Assembly (NCBI GenBank): GCA_041389445.1
Contig: JAWKRW010000001.1
Coordinates: forward strand, 970,686 to 1,034,685
DNA from: Myxococcota bacterium
GTDB lineage: Bacteria; Myxococcota_A; UBA9160; UBA4427
Reading direction: 5' to 3'
Length of the DNA: 64,000 bases
Each line of letters starts with the position of its first letter. Within the stretch, counting starts at the first letter, position 1. The translations under genes were made by a program, and so were the position numbers. Shown in pieces: positions 48,105-57,002 of the stretch. The notes below the pieces were generated by a model. It saw only the letters and a list, made by a program, of their open reading frames with translations. It made no database searches and was not told the DNA's origin.

Positions 48105-49343
48105 CTAGAGCCTGCGCAGCAGCGCCCCCTGCGAGTTGAAGAAGAATCCGCCGCAGCCGATCAGCGCCGTCCGCGCGTTCTCGACCTGCCTTGGCCCCGC
48201 CTCGCCGCGCAGCTGGGTCACCGCCTCGCGCAGATGCCCCGTTCCGCGCGACGCCCCCTCGGAGAGCGAGCCGCCATGGGGGTTCATCGGGACGCGCCCG
48301 TCGATCAGCACGCGGCCCGACTTCGCGTCCCAATGCTCCTGCATGAAACGGCCCGCGCCGCCCGGCTTGCAGTAGCCCACGTTCTCGATCCATCCGAGCG
48401 TGATGATCGAGAAGCCGTCGTAGGGGAAGAAGACGTCGACGTCCTCGATCCAGAAATCGCCTCGGGCCTTGAGCGACTCGACCACGACGTGCTGACCGTG
48501 CCGCGCGAGCGACGCCAGCTGGTCCTCGTCGTTCCGTCCGACCATCCCGGCCGTCGCGGCGTGGACCACGATCGGGTTCTTCGTGATCCGCTTCGCGCGC
48601 TCGACGGTCGTCAGCACGAACGCGTCGGCACCGTCGACCGGGACGTCCATGTCGAGCATGCAGAGCGGATCGCGAATCATGCGCGCCTGCAGGTAGCCCT
48701 CCATGGTGAGCGGGGTCTTCATGACGGCCTTCGGGTTCTGCCTCGCGTTCGCGCGCATGTTGAGCGCGATGCGGCCGAAGTCCTCGCGCGTCGCGCCGAA
48801 CTCGTGGATGTAGCGGCTCGCCCAGGCCGTGTAGGCGGCCGACGGGTCGATCGACTCGGGCATCGGCGGCTTCGCCGTCCCTCCGCCCAGGTGGACGTAG
48901 CGCCGGAACGGATCCTGGGCCGCGGAGCGGGAGTTCCAGGGCAGGCGCGTGAAGGCGTAGTAGACCAGCACGCTCTCGCACTGACCCGAGAAGATCGCCG
49001 TCATCGCGTCGATCAGGCCGAACATCGCGACGGGCATCGGACCCGAGTGGTGGGTCACGTTCGGCAGCTCGAGCAGTGCGGTCATCTGGTTCGCGCGCGG
49101 CGCTCCCGGCTCGAGCACGCCGACGACGCCGTCGATGTCGGCCTTCGTCATGCCCGCGTCGTGGATCGCCTGGATCGCCGCCTCGCAGGCGAGCGAAGCA
49201 GGCGAACGGCCACCGGCATCGCGACTGAACGCCGTCGAGCCGAGCCCCACGATCGCGATCTGGTCCTTGATCGGATACCGGACCCGCCCACGCGCCCCAG
49301 GCTCCTGACGCGCACCGCCGGTCGCGTCGATGCTCGCGGTCAC
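48105..49343 (-). CDS. Thiolase-like (SCP-x / Ltp-type) protein
   Basis: GTG at 49343 overlaps the upstream DUF35 stop (GTGA). IAIVGLGSTAF at the N-terminus and thiolase-fold C-terminal NPHGGSLSEG. No classic acetoacetyl-CoA thiolase signature was checked. Confidence 0.8.
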   Translation of the reverse strand: MTASIDATGGARQEPGARGRVRYPIKDQIAIVGLGSTAFSRDAGGRSPASLACEAAIQAIHDAGMTKADIDGVVGVLEPGAPRANQMTALLELPNVTHHSGPMPVAMFGLIDAMTAIFSGQCESVLVYYAFTRLPWNSRSAAQDPFRRYVHLGGGTAKPPMPESIDPSAAYTAWASRYIHEFGATREDFGRIALNMRANARQNPKAVMKTPLTMEGYLQARMIRDPLCMLDMDVPVDGADAFVLTTVERAKRITKNPIVVHAATAGMVGRNDEDQLASLARHGQHVVVESLKARGDFWIEDVDVFFPYDGFSIITLGWIENVGYCKPGGAGRFMQEHWDAKSGRVLIDGRVPMNPHGGSLSEGASRGTGHLREAVTQLRGEAGPRQVENARTALIGCGGFFFNSQGALLRRL

Positions 49344-49795
49344 GCCCGCCCCTCGGCGCGCAGCCGGAAGACCGGGAACGGCGCTCCGTAGCGGTCGATC
49401 CAGGCGAGCTCGACCGGCGCGCCGATCCGGATCGCCTCCTGCGGCGCGTCGACGACGGTGCTCGTGAAGCGCAGCCCGGGCTGCTCCTCGAGCTCGACGG
49501 TCACGACCGGATGGGGCGCCTTCGCGTAGTCGACGCCCGGCGCCGGCGCGCCCTGGCGCAGGAACATCGCGAGGTGGATCACGCCCCGTCCCGAGACCGG
49601 CGTCGGCTCGACGCGCCACGACCAGCACTCGGGGCAGATCGGCTTGGGCGGATGGTGGAAGCGTCCGCAATCCCGACAGCGGTTCAGCAGCAGCGTCCGG
49701 TCGAGCCAGCCCCGGAAGAGATGCTTGTTGTCGTGGCTGATCTGGACCCAGGGAAAGCGCTCGACCAGCGCACCTTCGCTCACCGTCTCGGCCAT
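49340..49795 (-). CDS. DUF35 OB-fold / zinc-ribbon protein (thiolase partner)
   Basis: ATG at 49795. Zn ribbon CRDCGRFHHPPKPICPECWS followed by an OB-fold segment. Confidence 0.8.
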   Translation of the reverse strand: MAETVSEGALVERFPWVQISHDNKHLFRGWLDRTLLLNRCRDCGRFHHPPKPICPECWSWRVEPTPVSGRGVIHLAMFLRQGAPAPGVDYAKAPHPVVTVELEEQPGLRFTSTVVDAPQEAIRIGAPVELAWIDRYGAPFPVFRLRAEGRA

Positions 49796-49863
49796 CGGAC
49801 CCCTTTCTCTCGGCTCCCGGCGTTCGCGCGACGCGGCCGCTGGACACGCGACGCGACTCGCGC

Positions 49864-51030
49864 TCATGCCCGCGGCGTTTCGGTGATGTCCTTGTCGAGG
49901 TCGAGCCCGTAGTAGCGCGCGGGATTCTCGAGCAGCATCTGACGCCGGTAGCGCTCCGGAACCCCCTCGAAGCAACCGTCGAGGAACCGCATGGTGTTCG
50001 GATACGAGCCGACCGAATGCGGGAAGTCGCTGCCGAACATCAAGCGATCGAAGGGCAGATGCTCGCGCATCTCGATCGACTTCGGATCGCGGATGATGCC
50101 GAACCAGAAGTGGTCGAGGATGTACTCGGAGGGCTTGCGCTCGAGCTTGCGGTTGTAGGGACCGCGGAAGATCTCGTAGTTGTCGTCGATCACGAAGAGC
50201 GCCCAGGGCAGCCAGCTCGCGTTGACCTCCGCGAAGTAGAACTGCAGCTTCGGGAAGCGGTCGAGGGCGCCCGAGACGATCAGCTGGCTCATCGTGTACA
50301 TCGGCGGCTGGCCCGAGACGCGCTGGGTCAGCGTCGCGGCGAAGGGATCGCCCGTCGTGCCGAGGCCGACGTGGTCGAGACCCGGCGCCATCTGGCCGAA
50401 GCCGAAATGGGGCGAGAGTCGGACGCCGAGCTCGAGCGTCCGCTTCCAGAAGGCGTCGTCCTCGGGTCGCGCGAAGCCCGAGCCGTTGGGGAAGGCATGC
50501 AGCGAGATCGAACGGATGCCCTCGCGATGCAGGAACTCGACTTCCGCGATCGCGTCGTCGACGCCCGTCGACGGGATCACGCCGTTGCCGATCAGGCGGT
50601 CGGGCGCGACCGCGCAGTAGTCGCGCGCGAGGAACGTGTTGTAGGCCCGGATCAGCGCGCGGTAGACGTCCTTGTCCGCGATGTTCTCGATCGCGCGGGA
50701 GGCGAAGATCGGCGGAAAGAGCACCTCGGCGTCGATGCCGTCGAGGTCCTGCTCGCGCAGCCGCTGCTTCGCGTCGCCCGCGCCCTCGGCCGGGCTGCCG
50801 TCCGCATTGAAGTAGCTTCCGCCCGCGATCTTCACGGGCCCGCGACCGGTGATGTTCTGACCGTTGGGAATGAGGGGCTGGCCCTCGATCAGCCACGCCT
50901 CGCCGCCCTTCGGCAGTCGGATCAGGCGCGGCGCGCGCTCGCGATGCTCTTCGGGCATGTACTTGACCCAGGAGTCGGGCGGCGTCTCGACGTGACCATC
51001 GCCCGAGATGACCTTGTACTTGCGTCCCAT
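49864..51030 (-). CDS. Amidohydrolase_2 family protein
   Basis: KVISGDGHVETPPD at the N-terminus and FGSDFPHSVG near the C-terminus. Confidence 0.8.
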   Translation of the reverse strand: MGRKYKVISGDGHVETPPDSWVKYMPEEHRERAPRLIRLPKGGEAWLIEGQPLIPNGQNITGRGPVKIAGGSYFNADGSPAEGAGDAKQRLREQDLDGIDAEVLFPPIFASRAIENIADKDVYRALIRAYNTFLARDYCAVAPDRLIGNGVIPSTGVDDAIAEVEFLHREGIRSISLHAFPNGSGFARPEDDAFWKRTLELGVRLSPHFGFGQMAPGLDHVGLGTTGDPFAATLTQRVSGQPPMYTMSQLIVSGALDRFPKLQFYFAEVNASWLPWALFVIDDNYEIFRGPYNRKLERKPSEYILDHFWFGIIRDPKSIEMREHLPFDRLMFGSDFPHSVGSYPNTMRFLDGCFEGVPERYRRQMLLENPARYYGLDLDKDITETPRA

Positions 51031-51276
51031 GGCGGCTCTCCTCGCGGATGCGGGCCCGCGCGGCCCGATGCCACTCTACACGAATTGCCGCCCCCCGCGT
51101 CCAGCGCGCGCGACGGCAGGCGATCGACGCCCGTCTCCGGCCCCGCCCGCGTCGCGGACCCTGCGGCGGCCTTGCCCGTGGCGCCTCGCCTTTGACAGAA
51201 TGACCGACAATGACCGACACGGGGCCTCCGCCCGGGCGCGCGGGAAAAACGAAGCGAGAAGGAGAGGCGGCGAGCG

Positions 51277-51870
51277 ATGGACGCGATCGAAGCGATGGAG
51301 ACCTGCCGGGCGATCCGGTACCTGAAGCCGGACCCCGTCCCCCAGGCGCTGATCGAGCGCGTCATCCATGCGGCGACCCGCGCGTCGAGTCCCGGCAACT
51401 CGCAGGGCTGGGACTTCGTGGTCGTGCGCGATCCGGCGATCAAGGGGAGGCTCGGTCCGGCGGTCCGCGAACGCCTGATGCCGCTCGTCGAACGGGTGCC
51501 GAACACGCCAGGGAGCATCTCGCGAACGGTCGAAGGCGCCAAACATCTCCTGCGCGAGTTCGAGAACGTTCCGGTCTGGATCGTCGTCTGCGGCCGCAAG
51601 GTCTATCCGCCTGGCGCGGCGACCGACCAGATGGTCGACGCCGCGCTCTACCCGGCGGCGCAGAACCTGATCGTCGCCGCCCGCTCGCTCGGCCTCGGCT
51701 CGACGTTTACGACGCTCCAGCTCGGGAGCGAGGACCTGATGCGCGAGGTCCTGGGCATTCCGAAGGCGGTCTCGATCGCCGTCTGCATCGCGCTCGGCTA
51801 CCCGGACCGACCCTTCGGTCCGGTCAAGCGAAAGCCCATCACCGACGTGATCCACTGGGATCGCTGGTGA
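51277..51870 (+). CDS. Nitroreductase family protein
   Basis: GAGAAGGAGAGG RBS. RAIRYLKPDPVPQALIERVIHAATRASSPGNSQGWDFVVV. Confidence 0.85.
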   Translation: MDAIEAMETCRAIRYLKPDPVPQALIERVIHAATRASSPGNSQGWDFVVVRDPAIKGRLGPAVRERLMPLVERVPNTPGSISRTVEGAKHLLREFENVPVWIVVCGRKVYPPGAATDQMVDAALYPAAQNLIVAARSLGLGSTFTTLQLGSEDLMREVLGIPKAVSIAVCIALGYPDRPFGPVKRKPITDVIHWDRW

Positions 51871-51907
51871 GCGGGCCGGCGCTTCGGGCCGCGGGGCGAT
51901 CGGCGGC

Positions 51908-53092
51908 GTGAGCGAAGGCGGGGGATCCGGGGGGGAAGACTTGGCCGACGGCGTCCCGAAGCGGTATGCGGAGTTCGAGCCCGCGCTCCATGCGGCGGCG
52001 AGCCGTGGGACCGGGCTCGCCGACTTCGGGCGCGACGACTACCGCGAGGGGCTGGCTCGCGTGCTCGCGGCGTGCGAGGCGGATCTCCCCGACGACGAAG
52101 CGACCCGCGCGAAGGTCTTCGCGTTCATGCTGCCGGGCCTCGTCGGGCGGCTCCACTCCGAGGCCGGCTGGCGGCGCCATCCCGATTGCCTCGCGGACCC
52201 GATCGTCCGGCCGCTCGTCATCGCCGGCATCCCGCGGACGGGCACGACCGCGCTCCACCAGCTCCTCGCCCTCGACCCCCGCTTCCAGGGGCTCGAGTCC
52301 TGGCTCATCCCGAACCCGATCCTCCGGCCGCCGCGCGGCGAATGGCTCGACCATCCGCTCTACCGCGCCGCCGCCGCCGCCGCCCGCGCGCTCGAGGCGG
52401 CCGCGCCCCGCGCCGTCGCGCTCCACCGCATCGGGCCCGACGACGTCGACGAATGCCTCGCGCTGATGATGCAGACCTTCGTCACGAACCAGCTGCCCTC
52501 GCTGCTCGAGCTGCCGACCTACGACGACTGGTATCTCGCGCAGGACGAGCTCGGGAGCTATCGGCGCCTGGCGGACAACCTGCGCCTGATCGGCCATGCC
52601 GAGCGCGAGAAGACCTGGCTGCTCAAGAACCCGACCCATTTCCTGCGCACCGGCTCGCTGCTCGAGGTCTTCCCGGACGCCTGCGTGATCCTGACCCATC
52701 GCGACCCCGTCGCGACCCTCGTCTCCCTCTCGAGCCTGCTCGCGGCCTATCGCGGCGACCCGGCGCCCGGAAGCCCCGAGGCGCGCCGCATCGGCCCCCG
52801 CCAGCTGCGCGTCTACGCCCAGGCGACGGCGCATACCCGCGCCGTCCGGGCGCGCCGACCCGACGCCTTCCATGACGTCCAGCAGGAAGAGCTCGCGCGG
52901 GATCCGCTCGGCGTGGTCCGCGGCGTCTACGCGCGCTTCGACCTCGAGCTCGGTCCGGAGACCGAGACACGCATGCAGACCTGGATCGCCGCGCAGTCGA
53001 AGCGCGACGCCCTGCTCGCCCATGGCCGACGGGGCGAGACCCCTGCCGACTACGGCCTCGACCCCGAAGAGGTCCGGGAGAAGCTCGCATGA
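51908..53092 (+). CDS. Sulfotransferase family protein
   Basis: GTG start. PAPS-loop-like IAGIPRTGTTALHQLL; LLKNPTH...; C-terminal region typical of the Sulfotransfer_3 type. Confidence 0.75.
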   Translation: MSEGGGSGGEDLADGVPKRYAEFEPALHAAASRGTGLADFGRDDYREGLARVLAACEADLPDDEATRAKVFAFMLPGLVGRLHSEAGWRRHPDCLADPIVRPLVIAGIPRTGTTALHQLLALDPRFQGLESWLIPNPILRPPRGEWLDHPLYRAAAAAARALEAAAPRAVALHRIGPDDVDECLALMMQTFVTNQLPSLLELPTYDDWYLAQDELGSYRRLADNLRLIGHAEREKTWLLKNPTHFLRTGSLLEVFPDACVILTHRDPVATLVSLSSLLAAYRGDPAPGSPEARRIGPRQLRVYAQATAHTRAVRARRPDAFHDVQQEELARDPLGVVRGVYARFDLELGPETETRMQTWIAAQSKRDALLAHGRRGETPADYGLDPEEVREKLA

Positions 53093-54291
53093 CGCATCGC
53101 GACCCGAACGCTGCTCCGCTTCCCGAGTGGAGCGACTACCTCGCGCGCTGGGCACCGGTCGCAGACCGGCTGGCCGCGCGCCTGCGCGATCCGAACGACG
53201 CGTACGACCGGCAGGCGCTCTGCGCGATGATGCTCTCCGCGCTGGCGGGAGGGCATTTCGGGCTCGTCTCGAACGACCCCGACTACCCCGAGTTCGTCCC
53301 GATGCTCTCGCAGACGCTCAACTTCGCCGCCCCGGTCCCCGACTTCGTCTATACCTACGCGCCGATCCGCGGCGGCGGCACGTACCGCCTCGCCGGCCAC
53401 CGCGGCAGCTCGCTCTTCGTCTTCGTCACCGTCTCCGAGACCTACTTCACGCGCACCGACAAGCCGAAGCCCGGCCTCGCCAACTACGACCTCGACGCGC
53501 TCACGATCGGGGCGGACGGCCGCTTCGAGGTCCTGCTCTCGGCAGAGCGCCCGAAGGATTGGCGGGGCGATTGGTGGTACCTGGATCCGAAGGCGACGAA
53601 CCTCGGCGTGCGCCACGCCATGGTCGACTGGGTCGGCGAGGTCGACGCGCGCATGACGCTCGAACGGCTCGACGTGCCGGCCGCGCGACCGAAGGTCACG
53701 GCGGAACAGCTCGCAGAGCGCATGGAGGAAACCGGCCGTTGGATGGAGTACAGCATCCAGCACTGGCTGATCCACATGAACGCGATCCGCGCCCAGGGGC
53801 GCGTCAACCGCTTCGAGGTCCAGGACTACAGCGGTTTCACCGGCTCTTCCTGGCCGCAGGTCTACCTCGAGACGCCCTTCGAGATCGAGGAGGACGAGGC
53901 GCTCGTGATCGAGACCGAGATTCCCGAGCGCGTGCGGTACTGGTCGTTCATGCTCGCCGACGAGCTCTTCGCGACGATCGACTGGACGCACCGCCAGTCG
54001 AGCTTGAACGCCCATCAGGCCCGCCTCGATGCCGACGGCCGCTTCCGCGGCGTCGTCGCGCTGCGCGATCCGGGCGTGCCCAACTGGCTCGATCCGGGCG
54101 GCTTCCATCGCGGCGTGATCCAGAATCGCTGGAACCAGGCGAGCTCGGCCCCCTGCCCCACGATCCGGCGCGTGAAGCTCGCGGCGCTCCGCGATCACCT
54201 GCCCGCCGACACGCCCGTGGTGACGCCCGAGGCGCGCGACCGGGCGCTGCGCCAGCGGCGGATGGGCGCGCAGATGCGCCGGAAGTGGTAG
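53089..54291 (+). CDS. DUF1214-like protein (paralogue of 45125..46273)
   Basis: The ATG overlaps the sulfotransferase stop (ATGA). Collinear similarity to the 45125 ORF. The family name is tentative. Confidence 0.7.
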   Translation: MTHRDPNAAPLPEWSDYLARWAPVADRLAARLRDPNDAYDRQALCAMMLSALAGGHFGLVSNDPDYPEFVPMLSQTLNFAAPVPDFVYTYAPIRGGGTYRLAGHRGSSLFVFVTVSETYFTRTDKPKPGLANYDLDALTIGADGRFEVLLSAERPKDWRGDWWYLDPKATNLGVRHAMVDWVGEVDARMTLERLDVPAARPKVTAEQLAERMEETGRWMEYSIQHWLIHMNAIRAQGRVNRFEVQDYSGFTGSSWPQVYLETPFEIEEDEALVIETEIPERVRYWSFMLADELFATIDWTHRQSSLNAHQARLDADGRFRGVVALRDPGVPNWLDPGGFHRGVIQNRWNQASSAPCPTIRRVKLAALRDHLPADTPVVTPEARDRALRQRRMGAQMRRKW

Positions 54292-54316
54292 GTCCACGAT
54301 GCGTGACGGACCCCCG

Positions 54317-55396
54317 ATGAAGGTCGCCGTCTATGCCGGCCCCCGCGCGCCCTTCCGGATCGAGGAACGGCCGCGCCCGGATCCGGGACCCGACGAGATC
54401 CTGGTCCGCATCGAGCGCTGCGGCATCTGCGCGACGGACGTCAGTACCTGGACCGGCGACGCGGGCATGGAGACGGACAAGGTCTACGGCCACGAGTTCG
54501 CGGGCGAGGTCGTGGCGCGCGGCGCCCGGGTCCGCCGCATCCCGCTGGGCGCCCGCGTCACGGCGCAATGCGTCACGGCCTGCGGCGAATGCGAGGCCTG
54601 TCGGGAAGGCCATCTCGTCTTCTGCCCCGCCTGGCGCCAGCATCCGACGGGCGGCTTCGGGCAGTTCATGACGCTTCCCGAGCGCGAGGCCTACGTCCTG
54701 CCGGCGTCGCTCTCGGCCGAGGACGGCGCCCTCGTCGAGCCGCTCGCCGTGGGACTCCACGGCGTGCGCATGGCCGACGTCGGCCCGGGCGCGCGCGTGC
54801 TCGTGCTCGGCGCGGGACCGATCGGCCTCTGCGCGACCTGGTGGGCGCGGCGACGCGGCGCCGAGCGGGTCGTCGTGGCGGCGCCCTCGACCCGACGACG
54901 ACGCTTCGCGCTCGCCATGGGCGCGACGGACTTCGTCGTGACGGCGTCCGAACCGGTGCCCGCCGGGCCCGCCGATCCGGATTCGGCGAGCGCGACGTCC
55001 GCGCACGGTCAGTCGCCGGCAGACGCGACGGCCGCCTTCCGCGACGCCCTCGGCGGCCAGCCCGACGTCGTGCTCGAGTGTGCGGGATTTCCCGGGGCGG
55101 TGATGCAGGCGATGGAGGCGGTGCGCGCCAAGGGGACGATCGTCTGCATGGGTTATGGCCTGCATCCCGAGACGATCCGGACGGCGATTCCGCTCTTCAA
55201 GGAGCTGCGGCTCTTCTTCTCGATGACCTACGACCGGTCCGACTATCAAGAGGTCATCGATGCCCTCGCGGCGGGCCATCTCGAGCCGCGCTGCATGATC
55301 ACGCGCACCATCCCGCTCGAGGCGATGACGCGCACCGTCGAGGAGCTGCTCGCTCGGGCACCGGATTGCAAGGTGATGGTGGATCCCTGGGCCTGA
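54317..55396 (+). CDS. Zinc-dependent alcohol dehydrogenase (MDR family)
   Basis: MKVAVYAG start preferred; the ATG at 54299 is also possible. Motifs CGICATDV, GHEFAGEV, CGECEACREG and VLGAGPIG. Confidence 0.85.
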   Translation: MKVAVYAGPRAPFRIEERPRPDPGPDEILVRIERCGICATDVSTWTGDAGMETDKVYGHEFAGEVVARGARVRRIPLGARVTAQCVTACGECEACREGHLVFCPAWRQHPTGGFGQFMTLPEREAYVLPASLSAEDGALVEPLAVGLHGVRMADVGPGARVLVLGAGPIGLCATWWARRRGAERVVVAAPSTRRRRFALAMGATDFVVTASEPVPAGPADPDSASATSAHGQSPADATAAFRDALGGQPDVVLECAGFPGAVMQAMEAVRAKGTIVCMGYGLHPETIRTAIPLFKELRLFFSMTYDRSDYQEVIDALAAGHLEPRCMITRTIPLEAMTRTVEELLARAPDCKVMVDPWA

Positions 55397-55399
55397 GGC

Positions 55400-56173
55400 T
55401 CAGGCGCCGTCGGCCGGCGGGGCGGCGTCGGGGGCCGGCGCCAGGAGCAGCGGGGCGAGGACGACGTCCACCGCGCGGTCGAGCACCGCCGCGTCCTGCA
55501 GCATCTCCGCCTCGGGTCGCACGGCGCGCGTCTGCGCGTCCCAGGTCTCGACCCCCTCGAGCCCCGATTGCCGGGCGAAGAGCTGCTCGCCCCCCGGCAC
55601 GACGAGGAACCCGACGAGACAGCTGATCCGCACGAGCAACGCCCCATCGCCCTGGGGCTGCCAGCCTCCTGGCCACCAGGGCTGGATCCGCTGACCACAG
55701 GCCTCCGGCGCGCGGCGACTGCCAAAGGTCTCGTGGACCCGGATCTCGAGCAGCAGGATCGCGTCGACGTTCCGGGCCTCGGCGAGCTCCCGGTGGACCG
55801 CATCGCGCACGAGCGCATGCCGCTCTTCGTCCGGCTTGCCCGTCGACGCGTCGAAGATCGGTCCGACGTCCTCGACATAACGCCGCCAGGTCGCGTCCCA
55901 GACCTCCGAACCGACGACGTCGAATCCCGCGTCGACGAGGCGCTTCGTCACGCGCGCCTCGAAGGCCCCGGCCGCCTGTGCCCGCGCGACCCGCGAGGTG
56001 GTGGAGAACAGGGGCGCGATCGCGATGGTCCGGACCCCGTCGCGCCAGGCCGGTATCTCCGGGACCGGCGGCGGCGGCGGCGGCGGAGTCGAACAGGCGA
56101 GCGACGCGAGCAGGCCGACGGCGATCCAAACCGTCCTGGAGATGCCTCGACGATTCGCCGCACCGGCTCGCAT
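55400..56173 (-). CDS. Hypothetical lipoprotein (paralogue of 56196..57002)
   Basis: Lipobox LLASLAC followed by a poly-Pro linker. Body collinear with the divergent neighbour (RLVDAGFDVVGSEVWD / HFERAGIAVVPSDEVE; GPIFDASTGKPDEE / GAIFDPATGRIDAE). Confidence 0.7.
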   Translation of the reverse strand: MRAGAANRRGISRTVWIAVGLLASLACSTPPPPPPPVPEIPAWRDGVRTIAIAPLFSTTSRVARAQAAGAFEARVTKRLVDAGFDVVGSEVWDATWRRYVEDVGPIFDASTGKPDEERHALVRDAVHRELAEARNVDAILLLEIRVHETFGSRRAPEACGQRIQPWWPGGWQPQGDGALLVRISCLVGFLVVPGGEQLFARQSGLEGVETWDAQTRAVRPEAEMLQDAAVLDRAVDVVLAPLLLAPAPDAAPPADGA

Positions 56174-56195
56174 GGCGCCATGTTAACGTGGCCCG

Positions 56196-57002
56196 ATGCG
56201 GACCCGTCGGATTTTTCTTCGCACGCGTACGCCTGGGAAGGGCCCAGGACGGGACGGCGGGTCGATCCGTGCCGCCCTCGGCATCGCGGCCGCGAGCCTG
56301 ATGCTCGCGCCTGCCGCGAACGCCCTCCGACTCTGCCTGCATCCGGCCCGTGTCCCCTTCGAGGCGGACGACGAACGGACCGTGAGGATCGAGCGGACCC
56401 TGGCGGAGCACTTCGAGCGCGCGGGGATCGCGGTCGTGCCGAGCGACGAGGTCGAGGCCCTGATCGAGACCGTCGATGCGCGCTCGGGCGCGATCTTCGA
56501 TCCCGCGACGGGCCGGATCGACGCCGAGAAGCGCGCCGCCTTCGAGGCCGACGTCGAGCAGAGCGTCCGCACGTCCTTCGGCTGCACGGGCTGGATCGAG
56601 GTCGGCTTGCAGGAGGCAGCCGCCTGGTATGACGGAACGAGCGCATCCTGGGACGGGCAGCGCGCCCAGATCAACTCGACGGCCCGCATCGCGAGCCAGA
56701 TCCTCATTGGCGCCCTCGTCGGCGTCTATCAGTACGAGACGGGCTGGATTCCGGTCACGTCGCTCTTCGTGCGCGTCGCGGACCTGCAGAACCAGGACGT
56801 GGCGTTCCGGAGCGCGGGCGTCGAGGCGCTCTTCGACATCAGTCTCTCGCGCGGCCAGGATCGACTCCCGCTCGACCGCTGGCTGCGCGACGAAGACGCG
56901 GTCGAAGAAGCCATGACTTCGGCGCTGGGCAAGGCGATCGAGCGGCTCCGCTCGAGCGGCCGCCCAGCAGGCTCGCCCGCGCCGGACTTCGCGTGGGAAT
57001 GA
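56196..57002 (+). CDS. Hypothetical secreted protein (paralogue of 55400..56173)
   Basis: ATG only 22 nt from the divergent gene's ATG. Hydrophobic signal-like AALGIAAASLMLAPAANA. The stop overlaps the start of the M48 peptidase gene (ATGA). Confidence 0.7.
   Translation: MRTRRIFLRTRTPGKGPGRDGGSIRAALGIAAASLMLAPAANALRLCLHPARVPFEADDERTVRIERTLAEHFERAGIAVVPSDEVEALIETVDARSGAIFDPATGRIDAEKRAAFEADVEQSVRTSFGCTGWIEVGLQEAAAWYDGTSASWDGQRAQINSTARIASQILIGALVGVYQYETGWIPVTSLFVRVADLQNQDVAFRSAGVEALFDISLSRGQDRLPLDRWLRDEDAVEEAMTSALGKAIERLRSSGRPAGSPAPDFAWE

Noticed and set aside
56196-56225. Twin-arginine (Tat) motif TRRIFL at the N-terminus of the 56196 ORF
   Set aside because: It matches S/T-R-R-x-F-L, but the hydrophobic h-region begins about 20 residues later after a Gly/Pro/Arg-rich stretch. 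That is not the normal Tat signal geometry, so the match is probably coincidental.
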